DNA of 64,000 nucleotides, from assembly GCA_040217195.1 (NCBI GenBank), contig JAVJNR010000004.1:352001-416000 (forward strand), given 5' to 3'. Below are positions 19,745 through 31,041 of this stretch, piece by piece. The position numbers were made by a program, and so were the translations under genes. Positions within the stretch are counted from its first letter, which is position 1. Every line of letters starts with the position of its first letter. The notes under the pieces are model-generated. The model was given only the letters and a program-made list of their open reading frames with translations. It ran no database searches and was not told the origin of the DNA. This stretch comes from Leptospiraceae bacterium (GTDB lineage: Bacteria > Spirochaetota > Leptospiria > Leptospirales > Leptonemataceae).

Positions 19745-20740
19745 GTGTCTCACATTTATCAGCCAGACAGTTTTCAGGGAACCGGTCCATTAAAGAGAGG
19801 TCGAAGTAAACGAGCTTATTTTGAAGGCTGGTATCTAAAACATGTATCTGCGGACAGAAAGCATCGCTATGCATTCATTCTAGGTGTTTTCATTGCTCCC
19901 GATCGTAGCAATAGCCATGCATTCTTTCAGGTTCTGGATGGAATGAATGCACAGTATGAATATATTCGATTCCCGCTTCAGGACTTTGGCTATGTGGACA
20001 AGAAATTTCAGGGGAACCTTTCGCACAATCGATTCGGTTTAAGAGGTCTGAGTCTGGACCTGAAGGGACAAAAGTTCCAGATTCAGGGAGAATTGAATTA
20101 TCTGGATCCAGTGCGCTTTCCGGTTACATTTGGTAGCCCGGGAATTATGGGGCCCTTCGCATATACTCCATTCATGGAATGTTATCATGGTCTTGTTAGC
20201 CTGAACCATGGACTACAAGGAGCGCTAACCATCAACGGTCGAAACGTGGATTTTACCGGTGGCAAAGGATACATCGAAAAGGACTGGGGCAGAAATTTTC
20301 CTTCCGCTTATATCTGGATGCAATCCAATCATTTCAAGCAGGAAGGCTCACTCTTTGCCTCTGCGGCCAGAATCCCCTACATCACTGGAAGTTTCACAGG
20401 CTTTATCATGGCTCTATATTTCGATAATCAGCTATTGCGCTTTGCTACCTACACTGGCGCCAGGCTGGTGGACGTCAGAGTGTCCAGCAAGCAGGTATGG
20501 ATGACTGTAGAGGACAAAAAATACAGGTTGGAAATAGAGAGTCATCGATCCGAGGGCGCAGTACTTATGGCTCCCTACGAAAAAGAAATGATCGAGCGGG
20601 TGAGCGAAACTATGACTGCAAGGATTAGTTTTCAGCTTACGCAGCGCAAAGGCGGACAAATACTTCAGGAAGGCAACACAGACCTGGGAGCCCTGGAAGT
20701 GCAGGGAGACCTACCTCGAATCGCCACCGTACTGGACTGA
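19745..20740 (+). CDS. Tocopherol cyclase family protein
   Basis: YFEGWYLK, IMGPF.Y.PFMEC.H, GYIEKDWG..FP..YIW.QSN. Confidence 0.8.
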   Translation: MSHIYQPDSFQGTGPLKRGRSKRAYFEGWYLKHVSADRKHRYAFILGVFIAPDRSNSHAFFQVLDGMNAQYEYIRFPLQDFGYVDKKFQGNLSHNRFGLRGLSLDLKGQKFQIQGELNYLDPVRFPVTFGSPGIMGPFAYTPFMECYHGLVSLNHGLQGALTINGRNVDFTGGKGYIEKDWGRNFPSAYIWMQSNHFKQEGSLFASAARIPYITGSFTGFIMALYFDNQLLRFATYTGARLVDVRVSSKQVWMTVEDKKYRLEIESHRSEGAVLMAPYEKEMIERVSETMTARISFQLTQRKGGQILQEGNTDLGALEVQGDLPRIATVLD

Positions 20741-20785
20741 TCCATTGGCCGCATTCGCAGAGGCCTATCAGGCAAGAACCAGGAA

Positions 20786-22150
20786 TTAATTCAACATAGC
20801 GTCGGCACCTTCAAGAAAGCTTTTCAGGTTTCGCAGATCGCTATTTCGAGAACCGCCCTGAATCGCTTTTCGATAATGATGATCGATTACCTGGATCAAG
20901 GATTGCTTTTCTTTTTCCTTTAAGCCCGGAGTTGAAGGTAGATCATTTAGAACCATTGCATAGTACAGCGCCGCTATTGCATGGTATTCTGCAGGATCAA
21001 AACTGGTTTCTGGATGCGTGGTCCTACCGGCCTGATAATCCTGAAACCTCTTACCATATTCCGAATAACCGTAGAGGGCTTCTTCCAGACCTTTCAAAAG
21101 GTCTCCGGTCTGGGCTCTATAACGATCGTATTGGGCTCTCTGTTCTGCGTCGGACTGGCTGGAAAAGAATTCCATTAGATAATATCCAGCCCTGGCTGCA
21201 TGCAACTTACAGTCCGGATGGTCCGTAACGGACCTGCAGGCTGCGGCCACTTCATCAATACGCTGAAGATGTCTGGTTGGGCTGGCAGACGTTCCTGTGT
21301 ATCGATCTTGCATATAGGCAAGATGCAATGTTTCCATGTAATTAATGCTGAATGCGAAAGTCTCAGATGCATAATAAAAATGCTCCCGATTCTGCCAGGC
21401 CTTTTGCAGCGAAGAAAGAGCACGCACAGGATACTCTCCACTGTCGCGCGCTTCTTTAAGATATAGTTCTCCCAGCGCGGCATGGGCTTCCGGAAGATTC
21501 TTGTCTGCCCTTAGAGCATCCTGATAGGCCGCGATAGCTTTTTCGAACTCACCGCGATCCATGAACATGTCTCCTCGTTTTTTGATCACTCTGGCCTGCT
21601 CCAGATTCTCCGATTCTAAAGTTCTGGCCACAAATTGACCCTCGCGAACCCGAAGAAGATTGCCCTGCCCGGTCAGAACCCATCCATAGAAGGGGTTATT
21701 CAAAATAGATTCTACGGTAATTTCAGCCACAATGAGTCCATTTCTGTACTTCTTATGGTGAGGATTCTTTTCGATAACATAGAGTTTCTGGCCCACCCGA
21801 AGACCTTCCCGGTTCATTACCCGAACGGTTACCTGGTCTTTTCGAACATCGTAGTTTTGATAGGGAGACTCTCGATCGAAACTCTGGGCCGCTTTGATTT
21901 TGCTTTTAATTTCTCCCACCAGAATCATTTTCATCGGTCGGGCCCTTTCATAGTTCCTGAACGCGTAAACAATCTCCCTTCTTTCCCGGGCCAGGCCTGC
22001 ATCACTCAGTAGGATCAGAGAGGCCAGACCCAGTAGCAGGAGCCGGCCGGCTCCACGTGCTTCCAACAGAACCCGGAAGGACCATCGGCCCAGGGAGCGT
22101 ATGGACTCTAGATTGATGAGTCTAAAGAATCGATGGATGAGTGCAGGCAT
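20786..22150 (-). CDS. TPR-containing exported protein
   Basis: TPR-like [25 protein letters not shown]; start placed at MPALIH (22150) to avoid overlap with leuS. Confidence 0.7.
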   Translation of the reverse strand: MPALIHRFFRLINLESIRSLGRWSFRVLLEARGAGRLLLLGLASLILLSDAGLARERREIVYAFRNYERARPMKMILVGEIKSKIKAAQSFDRESPYQNYDVRKDQVTVRVMNREGLRVGQKLYVIEKNPHHKKYRNGLIVAEITVESILNNPFYGWVLTGQGNLLRVREGQFVARTLESENLEQARVIKKRGDMFMDRGEFEKAIAAYQDALRADKNLPEAHAALGELYLKEARDSGEYPVRALSSLQKAWQNREHFYYASETFAFSINYMETLHLAYMQDRYTGTSASPTRHLQRIDEVAAACRSVTDHPDCKLHAARAGYYLMEFFSSQSDAEQRAQYDRYRAQTGDLLKGLEEALYGYSEYGKRFQDYQAGRTTHPETSFDPAEYHAIAALYYAMVLNDLPSTPGLKEKEKQSLIQVIDHHYRKAIQGGSRNSDLRNLKSFLEGADAMLN

Positions 22151-22233
22151 ACTATAGTAAATATCGGGCTGATCGGTCTGCCTTTGTAGCTGAAAACGGT
22201 GGCCACAGCAGCACAATTTTCACTCATGGGACT

Positions 22234-24909
22234 ATGAGTTATCCCTTTCAAGAGCTGGAAGCACGATGGCAGAAATACTGGGAGGAGAATCAGACCTTCC
22301 AGACCCGACAGGCCGGCGATAGTCCTACTTATTATGTACTGGATATGTTTCCGTATCCCTCCGGCCAGGGATTGCATGTGGGGCATCCGGAAGGCTACAC
22401 CGCCACAGACATCATGGCCCGTTTTAAGCGGATGAACGGATATAGAGTATTGCATCCAATGGGATGGGATGCCTTCGGATTGCCTGCAGAACGCTACGCA
22501 ATGCAAACCGGAATTCATCCAGCAGAAACCACTCGAAAAAACATTGATAACTTTCGCAGGCAGCTAAAGAGTCTGGGATTTTCCTATGACTGGCAAAGAG
22601 AGATAAACACTACCGATCCCCATTACTACCGATGGACTCAATGGATCTTTCTTAAGATCTACAATTCATTCTACGATCAAAAGCAAAATAAGGCACGACC
22701 AATCCAGGAGCTGAAGATACCCGCTGAACTGGAGAAGAAGGGAAAGGAAAAAGAAAAACGGGAATTCATAGAGAACCATAGGCTTGCTTACGTAGATGAA
22801 GCGCCTGTTAATTTCTGTCCTGAGCTTGGCACGGTTCTGGCCAACGAAGAAGTGGATGAATGGACCTCAAAAGGCTACACTGTTGTGCGAAAACCTATGC
22901 GACAATGGATGCTTCGCATCACAGCTTACGCAGAAAGGTTGCTGGATGATCTAAAGCTTGTGGACTGGCCGGCAGGCACACTGGAGCTCCAGAAGAACTG
23001 GATTGGAAAATCAGAAGGTGCCATGGTTCGGTTTTCCATCGCGTCTGAGTCTGTTACAAAAAAAAGCACAAAGAAATCGGCAAAGAAGACCAGCAAGAAA
23101 TCCGCAAAAAAGACTGCTGCAAAAAAGAAAGAGTCGCTCAGCAATTCGGAAAACGCCTTCATTGATGTCTATACAACCAGGCCGGATACTCTATTTGGAG
23201 CATCTTATATGGTTCTGGCGCCGGAGCATCCTCTGGTAGAATCAATCGTTACGCCAGCGAAGAAAAAGGAAGTTCAGAAATATGTAGAAGAGGCATCCCG
23301 CAAATCAGAAAGGGACCGTCAGATTCAGGGCGAAAAAGCTGAAAAAACTGGAGTATTTACCGGCTCCTATGCGATGAATCCAGTGAATGATGAAAAATTG
23401 CCCATCTGGATTGCAGATTACGTATTAATGGGATACGGCACTGGCGCTATCATGGCAGTTCCTGCCCACGATGAAAGGGATTTCGCCTTCGCAAAAAAAT
23501 TTGATCTACCGATCAAAACAGTTGTAGCTCCCGGGAAAAGCAAGGAAGAGTTTGAAGTCACGGAAGAAGCATTCAGTGGAGAAGGAGTCTCCGTTAACTC
23601 TGGTATGATCTCCGGTCTTTCCACAAAGGATGCGAAAGCGAAAATTATTGAGCATTTAGAAAGCCAGGGCCTGGGTGAAAGACAGATCAATTATCGATTA
23701 AGAGATTGGTTGTTTTCCAGACAGAGATATTGGGGAGAGCCTATTCCCATTTCATTTGACGAAGATGGAAATCAGTACGCTCTTTCTGAGGACGAGCTAC
23801 CGCTCATGCTTCCACCATCCGATGACTTTAAACCTGCTGAAACCGGCGAAAGCCCGCTGGCAAGACTGGGGGACTGGCTGGAACATACAATCAAGGATGA
23901 TTCCGGCAATGAGATCAAGGTGCGTCGAGAAACCAATACTATGCCTCAGTGGGCTGGTAGTTGCTGGTATTATCTACGTTTCATAGACCCGGACAATGAA
24001 GAAAACATATTTGATCCGGAAAGTGAAAAAGCCTGGATGGGCACCGATGGCGTGGACCTGTATGTTGGAGGCGCTGAACACGCAGTATTGCACCTACTGT
24101 ACGCTCGTTTCTGGCATAAAGTACTGTTCGACTATAACGTTGTAAACAGCCCCGAACCCTTTCATAAGCTAATCCATCAAGGACTGATTCTGGGCGAGGA
24201 TGGACAGAAAATGTCTAAATCCAGGGGTAACGTTGTTAATCCGGATGATGTAATTGAAAGCTGGGGAGCAGATTCCTTTCGTTTATATGAAATGTTTATG
24301 GGACCACTGGAAGCCATGAAGCCCTGGTCTCCCCGGGGAATTGAAGGTGTATTTCGATTTCTGTCCCGTGCATGGAGGATGTTTGTAGATGAGTCCGGCC
24401 AGTTTCAATCCTCAGTTTTGGAGGAACCGAAAGGAGATGCGAAACGAAAAGTTGAGCAAGTAACTCATAGCACAATCAAGAAAGTTACCCATGACATTGA
24501 AAGACTGAGCTTCAATACGGCTATTAGTCAGTTGATGATCTATGTAAATGAATTGAATCGAGAATCAGTGGGTAAATTCTCTGCGGAATCCTTTATCAAG
24601 CTTCTGGCTCCTTTCGCCCCTCATATTGCGGAAGAACTCTGGAGTCGCCTGGGGCACTCAGAAAGCCTGAGCGAAGCGAGCTGGCCTGAATTCGATGAAT
24701 CTCTGGCCGCTGCCGATGAAATTGAGGTAGTATTCCAGGTAAACGGAAAGATTCGCGCCAGAGCAAGCGTTTCCCCGGATGTATCAAAAGAAGAACTGCA
24801 AAACCTGGCTCAGGAAAATGAATCGGTGATGAGCTACACCGAAGGTAAGGAAATAATCAAAGTGATCGTAGTTCCAGGTAAACTGGTAAATATCGTGGTC
24901 AAAGGATAG
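22234..24909 (+). CDS. leuS: Leucine--tRNA ligase
   Basis: MSYPF start, MFPYPSG.GLHVGH (HIGH), [12 protein letters not shown] editing motif, KMSKS. Confidence 0.97.
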   Translation: MSYPFQELEARWQKYWEENQTFQTRQAGDSPTYYVLDMFPYPSGQGLHVGHPEGYTATDIMARFKRMNGYRVLHPMGWDAFGLPAERYAMQTGIHPAETTRKNIDNFRRQLKSLGFSYDWQREINTTDPHYYRWTQWIFLKIYNSFYDQKQNKARPIQELKIPAELEKKGKEKEKREFIENHRLAYVDEAPVNFCPELGTVLANEEVDEWTSKGYTVVRKPMRQWMLRITAYAERLLDDLKLVDWPAGTLELQKNWIGKSEGAMVRFSIASESVTKKSTKKSAKKTSKKSAKKTAAKKKESLSNSENAFIDVYTTRPDTLFGASYMVLAPEHPLVESIVTPAKKKEVQKYVEEASRKSERDRQIQGEKAEKTGVFTGSYAMNPVNDEKLPIWIADYVLMGYGTGAIMAVPAHDERDFAFAKKFDLPIKTVVAPGKSKEEFEVTEEAFSGEGVSVNSGMISGLSTKDAKAKIIEHLESQGLGERQINYRLRDWLFSRQRYWGEPIPISFDEDGNQYALSEDELPLMLPPSDDFKPAETGESPLARLGDWLEHTIKDDSGNEIKVRRETNTMPQWAGSCWYYLRFIDPDNEENIFDPESEKAWMGTDGVDLYVGGAEHAVLHLLYARFWHKVLFDYNVVNSPEPFHKLIHQGLILGEDGQKMSKSRGNVVNPDDVIESWGADSFRLYEMFMGPLEAMKPWSPRGIEGVFRFLSRAWRMFVDESGQFQSSVLEEPKGDAKRKVEQVTHSTIKKVTHDIERLSFNTAISQLMIYVNELNRESVGKFSAESFIKLLAPFAPHIAEELWSRLGHSESLSEASWPEFDESLAAADEIEVVFQVNGKIRARASVSPDVSKEELQNLAQENESVMSYTEGKEIIKVIVVPGKLVNIVVKG

Positions 24910-25049
24910 ATTTCGCAGGGCGCATAAGCGACAACAAGTGGCCGCTGAAAGTGTACAGGCCGGGGGCTCGAGGGGTGTCGCAGGACAGATTGCTGGCCGA
25001 ATTAGAGTGAGAGGTTTTGATCTTTGCAAAGAAATAGAACGGAAGTGTC

Positions 25050-25625
25050 ATGTCGAATTTAAGAACCAAAGAGCGATTTTTGAAGGAACTGGAAATTTTT
25101 CATGAGAAGAGCTACGCAATAGCCACAAAACTGGATGCAAATACCTTTTTCGCCAGGCCAGAAGCAGGCTGGTCGGTGGCCGAAAATTATATTCATATGG
25201 CCAAAGTGCTAAGAAGCATGGCATTGATCTTTGCTCCGATAAGCGTTCCACTGATTGCTCTCATGGGAAAGAGCAATGGCAATCCGCCTTCGCTGGAACA
25301 ATTCATGAAGGACTATCATTCTGGACTGGAGAAAGGATTTCATTCCGGTCCTTTTGCTCCGGCCCGGGAAAATCCAAATATCAAGGATCCGGTACAGAGA
25401 CAGAATGAAATCTTGCAGGAATGGAGGGATTCTTTTAAGCCCATGGCGGCCCGTCTGGAAGGATTTACAGATGATGAATTAATGAAAAAGCAATTCTATC
25501 ATCCCATTCTGGGTAAGGTAATTTTGATGGATATGGCCTATATGGCCATATTTCATAGTATGCATCATCTTAAGAAGGCGTCCAGGAAGGCCGGTACCAA
25601 TCTACTTCCGCCCTCCCTATTTTAA
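25050..25625 (+). CDS. DinB-superfamily protein
   Basis: WSVAE..H, HP..G, H..HH. Confidence 0.75.
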   Translation: MSNLRTKERFLKELEIFHEKSYAIATKLDANTFFARPEAGWSVAENYIHMAKVLRSMALIFAPISVPLIALMGKSNGNPPSLEQFMKDYHSGLEKGFHSGPFAPARENPNIKDPVQRQNEILQEWRDSFKPMAARLEGFTDDELMKKQFYHPILGKVILMDMAYMAIFHSMHHLKKASRKAGTNLLPPSLF

Positions 25626-25689
25626 AGAGAGCAAGCTACGCTAATCCTTCGACGGTTTGCGAAATCCTGATGGAATCATATCCAGACAA

Positions 25690-27606
25690 TTAATGCTTTG
25701 CTGTGCTTCCTGCAGACCACAGTCCCTGCAACTCACCGAATGGCATAGGTTCAGCCATCAAGAAACCCTGAAGCTGATCGCATCCCATATCCTGGAGTAA
25801 TTTCTTCTGTGCATCGTTTTCCACTCCCTCTGCGATGATTGTTAATTGCAGGGTATGCGCCAGATAAACCATCATTTCTACGATAGATCGATCCTGGAAA
25901 CTCCGATCCATGTCACGCACGAAGGAACGATCTATCTTTAGTCGGTGAACCGGAAGAGCCTTGAGTATACTCAATGAGGAATAACCGGTGCCAAAATCAT
26001 CGATTGCAAATTCAATTCCTTCCTGGCCCATATCCCGAAGCATTCGATCCACAAAGTCCACGTCGTGGAAAATAGTACTTTCAGTAATTTCGAATTCCAG
26101 GCGCCCCGGAGAAACGCCGGATTCTTCAATCTTCGAAAGCAATGTACCCACCAGATTCTCCTGAGTAAATTGCATGGGAGACAGGTTCACAGAAATCCTG
26201 AAGTTCTCTGGTAGTTCGCTGCCTTTTAGATCCTGCAATACCGTTTCCAAAACAAATTCGCCAAGCTTCAGAATGGCTCCGCTGGATTCGGCGATGGGAA
26301 TAAAAATGCCAGGAGAGATTTCACCGAACCTGGGATGATTCCATCGAAGTAATGCCTCGGCTCCAACCATTTCATTTGAACGAAGATCATATTGCGGTTG
26401 ATATACGCAGAACATTTCTTCACGTTCATGAGCCTCATATAGATCACGCTTGAGCTCCAGCCTGCGCAAAACTTCGGTGCTTCGCAATTCACCAAACGTT
26501 CGATGTTCAATGCCTGCATTCTTTGCATCTGCAAGGGCCAGGGATGCATGACGATAGAGCTCATCCGCAGTGCTGCCCTCTTCAGGAAAAGTGCATGCGC
26601 CCATTCGGAGCTCCAGGTTTACGCGATGACGATCCATAACCAGAGGAGTCTTCCAGGCCTGCAGAACCAATTGCATGATATGACTGAGAGAGGAGGCCTC
26701 GGTGATGATTGCGAATTGCTTTCCTCCTACCCGGGAAAGTAGAGTTTTCTCTGGAAGTATTTGTTCCAGGCGCCTGGCCGCATTGATAAGAACTCGGTCC
26801 GCCACTTCGCGGCCCCAGGAATCATTTAACTGTCCCAGATTCTTAAGATCCACAAGAATCAAATGAAACTCTGTTTGCGAATAGGTTCTTCGAGTCATAC
26901 TTGTCATCATATGACGCCGGTTGGGCAATTCAGTTAGCAGATCATGATTCGCATTAAAAGCAGCGGCTCGAGCCAATCGATCCAGAAGACTTCGTCGTCT
27001 GTTCTGGCCTATGATAAGTAAGCTGATGCTCAGATAGGTCATAAGAGCCACAGCCCCCATAAACCCGAAAGGAGCCACCGCTTCGATGGGACGCAACACA
27101 GGATAGTTCAGCTTATGTGCACCCCATAGAACTGCAGCGGTGCATGCGAAGCCGTATCCAGTACCGGGATGCTTTTCTTTCAGGAGCCAGAAAAGTCGGG
27201 CTGTAAAGAAAAGCGACAGTCCGGCGAAAATATAAACCGGTGTGGTTCTCCAGAGGAATTCAGGATGAACAAATGATGTAAAATAGAGCCAGCCTCCGCT
27301 GATCAGCAACACCAGAACAATGGAATATCGCGAAACCTTTATCCCGGTGAGCCTGGTAGCTCCAAAGAAAATCAAGTACATGGCCACGCTATGCGCCATC
27401 TCTCCCAGGAATTGAGACAATGGCCGACCTATGACTGGTTCCAGCATCCAGACAAGGTACCTTAAAGAGACCAGAGCGATACCGGAAGCCCAGTATCTAA
27501 TGAAAGAAATACGACTGGCCTTCAAAGAGGCCTGCCATAACCCCAGGGAGAGAACCATCGAAACAACGAACGCTGCTTGAATCGCAGTTTGAATAGAAAA
27601 CCCCAT
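25690..27606 (-). CDS. Multi-TM sensor + degenerate GGDEF + EAL phosphodiesterase
   Basis: About 7 TM helices, HDLLTELPNR, RVGGKQF, EALLRW, DDFGTGYSSL, EGVE, QGF. Confidence 0.9.
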   Translation of the reverse strand: MGFSIQTAIQAAFVVSMVLSLGLWQASLKASRISFIRYWASGIALVSLRYLVWMLEPVIGRPLSQFLGEMAHSVAMYLIFFGATRLTGIKVSRYSIVLVLLISGGWLYFTSFVHPEFLWRTTPVYIFAGLSLFFTARLFWLLKEKHPGTGYGFACTAAVLWGAHKLNYPVLRPIEAVAPFGFMGAVALMTYLSISLLIIGQNRRRSLLDRLARAAAFNANHDLLTELPNRRHMMTSMTRRTYSQTEFHLILVDLKNLGQLNDSWGREVADRVLINAARRLEQILPEKTLLSRVGGKQFAIITEASSLSHIMQLVLQAWKTPLVMDRHRVNLELRMGACTFPEEGSTADELYRHASLALADAKNAGIEHRTFGELRSTEVLRRLELKRDLYEAHEREEMFCVYQPQYDLRSNEMVGAEALLRWNHPRFGEISPGIFIPIAESSGAILKLGEFVLETVLQDLKGSELPENFRISVNLSPMQFTQENLVGTLLSKIEESGVSPGRLEFEITESTIFHDVDFVDRMLRDMGQEGIEFAIDDFGTGYSSLSILKALPVHRLKIDRSFVRDMDRSFQDRSIVEMMVYLAHTLQLTIIAEGVENDAQKKLLQDMGCDQLQGFLMAEPMPFGELQGLWSAGSTAKH

Positions 27607-27722
27607 GGCTTCACTGAGCAGAAGACCTTAATTCGGGCCAGTCAAGGGAATTCCGATTTAAGTTAGGACAAAATCAAAAAAAGGTAAACTTCTCTAAATA
27701 AAACTTAAGAGCAGTCCATGGA

Positions 27723-28739
27723 CTAAATACTAATGCAGATCTTGCCAAAATGCGATCCACCTTTCAGGTAATCGAATGCCTTGGCTGCTTCTTCGAAAGG
27801 AAATACCCGATCCACCACAGGCTTAATCTTATGTACGTCCACGGCACGGTTCATATTTTGAAAAGATCTGCGGCTGCCCACAACTACACCCTGAATACGG
27901 ATATCCTGCATCAGCACAGGTGTTAAGTCCAGGGGAGCTTCTTTGCCAGCCAGCACACCGATGAGATAGATGGAGCCACCGGGCCGTACACTCCGGATAG
28001 ATTTCTCCAGAGTGCCCACACCGCCCACTTCTACGATATGGTCCACTCCCTGGCCACCGGTTAACTTGAATACATCCCGATCCCAGTTCGCATTACTGCG
28101 ATAATTGATCAAATGATGGGCACCCATCTTGCTTGCTCGTTCTAGTTTTTCATCGCTGCCGGAAGTGATAATTATCTCAGCACCCAGCACCTTTCCAAAT
28201 TGCAGAGCAAATGTACTGACTCCTCCAGTGCCCAGAATCAATAGCTTCTGTCCGGGTCTCACAGGGCCTCGCTCCACCAGAGCACTCCAGGCTGTGAGAC
28301 CAGCGCATGGAAGTGCAGCCGCCTCTTCATCGGATAAATGCTCGGGAACTTCCACAACATCTGCCTCGGGCACCACCATGAACTGTTGCAACGTACCATT
28401 CAGCGGACCACCATGGGTTCGCTTTAGCATCTCCCTGAACGGAGGACCATCGTGCCAGGTACGGGCGAATATAGGACTGACTCGAGTGCCTGTTTTGGTA
28501 GAGCAGCCTTCGCCCGCCTCTTCCACAAGTCCCACTCCATCGGAACAGGGAACCAGAGGCATTTTTAACCTTGGATTATAGTTTCCGGTTACCATGAGAA
28601 GATCCCTATAATTCAAAGAAGCCGCTTTCATACGAATCAGCAGCTCACCGGGCCCGGGCTGGGGCATGGGAAGCTCTTCTATCTTTAATTGATCGAGACC
28701 AAAGGATTGAATTACATGCGCTTTCTGTGTTGCACTCAT
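27723..28739 (-). CDS. MDR-family NAD(P)-dependent alcohol dehydrogenase/quinone reductase
   Basis: SLNYRD, PCSDG.G, LPCAGLTAW, GTGGVS, HFGKI. Confidence 0.9.
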   Translation of the reverse strand: MSATQKAHVIQSFGLDQLKIEELPMPQPGPGELLIRMKAASLNYRDLLMVTGNYNPRLKMPLVPCSDGVGLVEEAGEGCSTKTGTRVSPIFARTWHDGPPFREMLKRTHGGPLNGTLQQFMVVPEADVVEVPEHLSDEEAAALPCAGLTAWSALVERGPVRPGQKLLILGTGGVSTFALQFGKVLGAEIIITSGSDEKLERASKMGAHHLINYRSNANWDRDVFKLTGGQGVDHIVEVGGVGTLEKSIRSVRPGGSIYLIGVLAGKEAPLDLTPVLMQDIRIQGVVVGSRRSFQNMNRAVDVHKIKPVVDRVFPFEEAAKAFDYLKGGSHFGKICISI

Positions 28740-28763
28740 TGAAGGAACCTGCTCATTGGTTTT

Positions 28764-29216
28764 GTGGATTCAGAGACACTTTTTCCGGAACCAAAAAGAT
28801 ATCTATACTGTGATGGTGCAAGTAAAGGAAATCCGGGACCGGCGTCCATCGGTGCTGTAATCTATGGAAAAGATCCTGAATCCGACTCCAATGCATCAGA
28901 ATTGCTGCAAATCAGCAAATCTATAGGCCGAGCCACGAACAATGTGGCAGAATACAGATCATTGCTGGAAGGACTGAAAGCCCTTCAAAAGGACCTGGGC
29001 AATGAATTCGGTCATACAAAGATTCATATTCGGATGGATTCTCAGCTGGTTATCAGACAGATTGAAGGCCAATACCGGGTGAAGAATGAGAGCCTTAAGC
29101 CTCTATATCAAGAAGCACTATCTGTTTTGAAGGCAGCACGCTCCTTTAAAGTGCAGCATATACCACGAGAACTGAATAAGCGGGCGGATGCTCTGGCCAA
29201 TGAAGCATTGAAATAG
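28764..29216 (+). CDS. Ribonuclease HI family protein
   Basis: DGASKGNPG, TNNVAEY, DSQLV, N..AD.LAN. Confidence 0.9.
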   Translation: MDSETLFPEPKRYLYCDGASKGNPGPASIGAVIYGKDPESDSNASELLQISKSIGRATNNVAEYRSLLEGLKALQKDLGNEFGHTKIHIRMDSQLVIRQIEGQYRVKNESLKPLYQEALSVLKAARSFKVQHIPRELNKRADALANEALK

Positions 29217-29306
29217 CGATCCGTAAGTGGAGGTATTGTTTTATCCTCTTGTGCGGTGCATTAATGCTTTATTCTGGCTTCGGCAAGGAATAAAATCGTT
29301 TTTTAT

Positions 29307-29336
29307 TTGACGACCGGGTATATGGAAACGCATACT
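29307..29336 (+). promoter_or_regulatory. sigma70 promoter of the ompL1-like gene
   Basis: TTGACG-N18-CATACT with an AT-rich upstream element; GGAGG SD at about 29370. Confidence 0.6.
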
Positions 29337-29386
29337 CGCGCTTAAATTCGGCTTCTCGCTGAAAATATCGGAGGATTGCAACTTTC

Positions 29387-30313
29387 ATGAAGTATCGCAA
29401 TAAATTACTCGCTGTAGCGTTCACCACTGTGTTCGCCAGCAGTGTTCATGCTGAAAGCTACTTGGGGCTTGGCGCAGGTCTACAATTTGACCTTGGTCAG
29501 CTCACCAATACTATCGCTCTGGACGGTCTTGAGAGTTCTGTCGGGAATGCTAATCTGACTGGCGTACAGCCTCTGTCCGGTTGCCCTACCACAGCCTGTC
29601 AAACTGAGGTTGCCGGAAGCAACCAGGACCTGATTATCTCTGAGCGAAATCTGGATGCTCTGGATAAGTCTACTGGCGACATGCTGTTCGACAACGAACT
29701 GAACGGCGGTATGACTGGTCTGCAGCTAACAGCTTTTTATGAGTCAGAAGGAGACAATACCTTCTGGAGACTGGGTGTACAGTACACCTTCAAGATTACT
29801 GGTGGTCATACCACTTCTAGACTGCTTGGCTTCAAGTGGCTGAATCAAGAGTGGGATTACTACGCATGGCAAGTGCCTTTCTACTATGGTTTCAAAACAG
29901 GAATCGGTGAGTCCGCATCTGTTTACGCCGGTGGTGGTGTTCACTACTTCAAAGGCGGTTGGAACGTAGGTGGTTACATCCTGGGTGATGTTCCTACATA
30001 TTTGCTGGGAACAGCAACAGGACCACATACCGTTCTGGATGCAGATACTGGCGCGCTGAAAGGCGGTAACGTAATCGGAGAAGCCGTTCGATTCCGTGTT
30101 TCTGGCTGGGGGTTCAACTTCCTCGTGGGTGTTGAGAAAAAGCTGGCAAACGGTAACAAACTATTCTTCGAAATGGACCGCGCCTACTCTGGTGGTATCG
30201 ACAACGCTCGAGCCGAAAGCCAGGCAGGTCAGCAGGGTCTGGCTCCTTTCCCTTCCTATCCAATTGCGATTGGTGGTTGGAGCTACCGATTCGGCTACAA
30301 AGTAGCTATGTAA
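29387..30313 (+). CDS. ompL1: OmpL1-like outer-membrane porin
   Basis: Signal peptide, SYLGLGAGLQFDLGQL..TI..DGL, amphipathic beta strands, C-terminal YRFGYK. Confidence 0.8.
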   Translation: MKYRNKLLAVAFTTVFASSVHAESYLGLGAGLQFDLGQLTNTIALDGLESSVGNANLTGVQPLSGCPTTACQTEVAGSNQDLIISERNLDALDKSTGDMLFDNELNGGMTGLQLTAFYESEGDNTFWRLGVQYTFKITGGHTTSRLLGFKWLNQEWDYYAWQVPFYYGFKTGIGESASVYAGGGVHYFKGGWNVGGYILGDVPTYLLGTATGPHTVLDADTGALKGGNVIGEAVRFRVSGWGFNFLVGVEKKLANGNKLFFEMDRAYSGGIDNARAESQAGQQGLAPFPSYPIAIGGWSYRFGYKVAM

Positions 30314-30368
30314 GAAGTCTTCTGCTGTGAAGTAATTCGCAGCATTGAAGCGCCGGTCTTCCGGCCAG

Positions 30369-30393
30369 AGGCCGCCTTCGGGCGGCCTTTTTT
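30369..30393 (+). terminator. Rho-independent terminator of ompL1
   Basis: AGGCCGCC-TTCG-GGCGGCCT-TTTTT. Confidence 0.9.
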
Positions 30394-30497
30394 GTTTCTA
30401 ATTTCAGCCCTCTTTTTCCCACAATGTAGCATCCATATTCTTAGCCGAAACAGGATTCGCTCTATCCCGGAATCCTTGCCTGCAAGGCCGCAGATCT

Positions 30498-30995
30498 CTA
30501 AGTGCCATTCAGAGATTTTTCATTTCCGGAATCCTGATCCTTACTGTGGGCACGGTTCATATACTCCCTCAGGTCTCCCATAGAGTCCAGGTCCTGTCGG
30601 GGAAGCACCGGATTCTTGCTGAAAATGTCTGACATGCACAGGATTTGATGTACGGGATGCTCTGGCTCATTTCTGCGATCCGCACGCTCGGCCGCCACTC
30701 CATCTTCATGAACCCAGCAGGTGGTGACTCTTCCCTGCTCATTTTGCAGCCGGGCAGCCACGTAGTAGAGATTGGACGGATAGGCACAGACCAGAATTCT
30801 CAAATTCTCTGGATTACCCACAGAGATGGCCTTTCTCATAAAATGGCATTCCTGAAGCGGAGCATAACTGTGTCGCCCGGTGCGTTCATCGAACTCCACC
30901 AGCATTTTGATAATTTCTTGAAAGTTTTCTTTTCCCTGTTCGATTTCTCTCCATTCAATCTTTTCTATCTTTCCAGTTGGCACCGTTTCATTCAT
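30498..30995 (-). CDS. Hypothetical cytoplasmic protein
   Basis: 165-aa ORF with GGAGG SD; fills the gap between genes. Confidence 0.65.
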   Translation of the reverse strand: MNETVPTGKIEKIEWREIEQGKENFQEIIKMLVEFDERTGRHSYAPLQECHFMRKAISVGNPENLRILVCAYPSNLYYVAARLQNEQGRVTTCWVHEDGVAAERADRRNEPEHPVHQILCMSDIFSKNPVLPRQDLDSMGDLREYMNRAHSKDQDSGNEKSLNGT

Positions 30996-31041
30996 AGAAT
31001 TACTATCCTCCAGTATAGATTTAAGGCCCCTGTCTCCTCAG

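Noticed and set aside
22141..22233. Apparent N-terminal extension of LeuS overlapping the divergent TPR gene
   Set aside because: Longest-ORF artefact; the LeuS-like sequence begins at MSYPF (22234)
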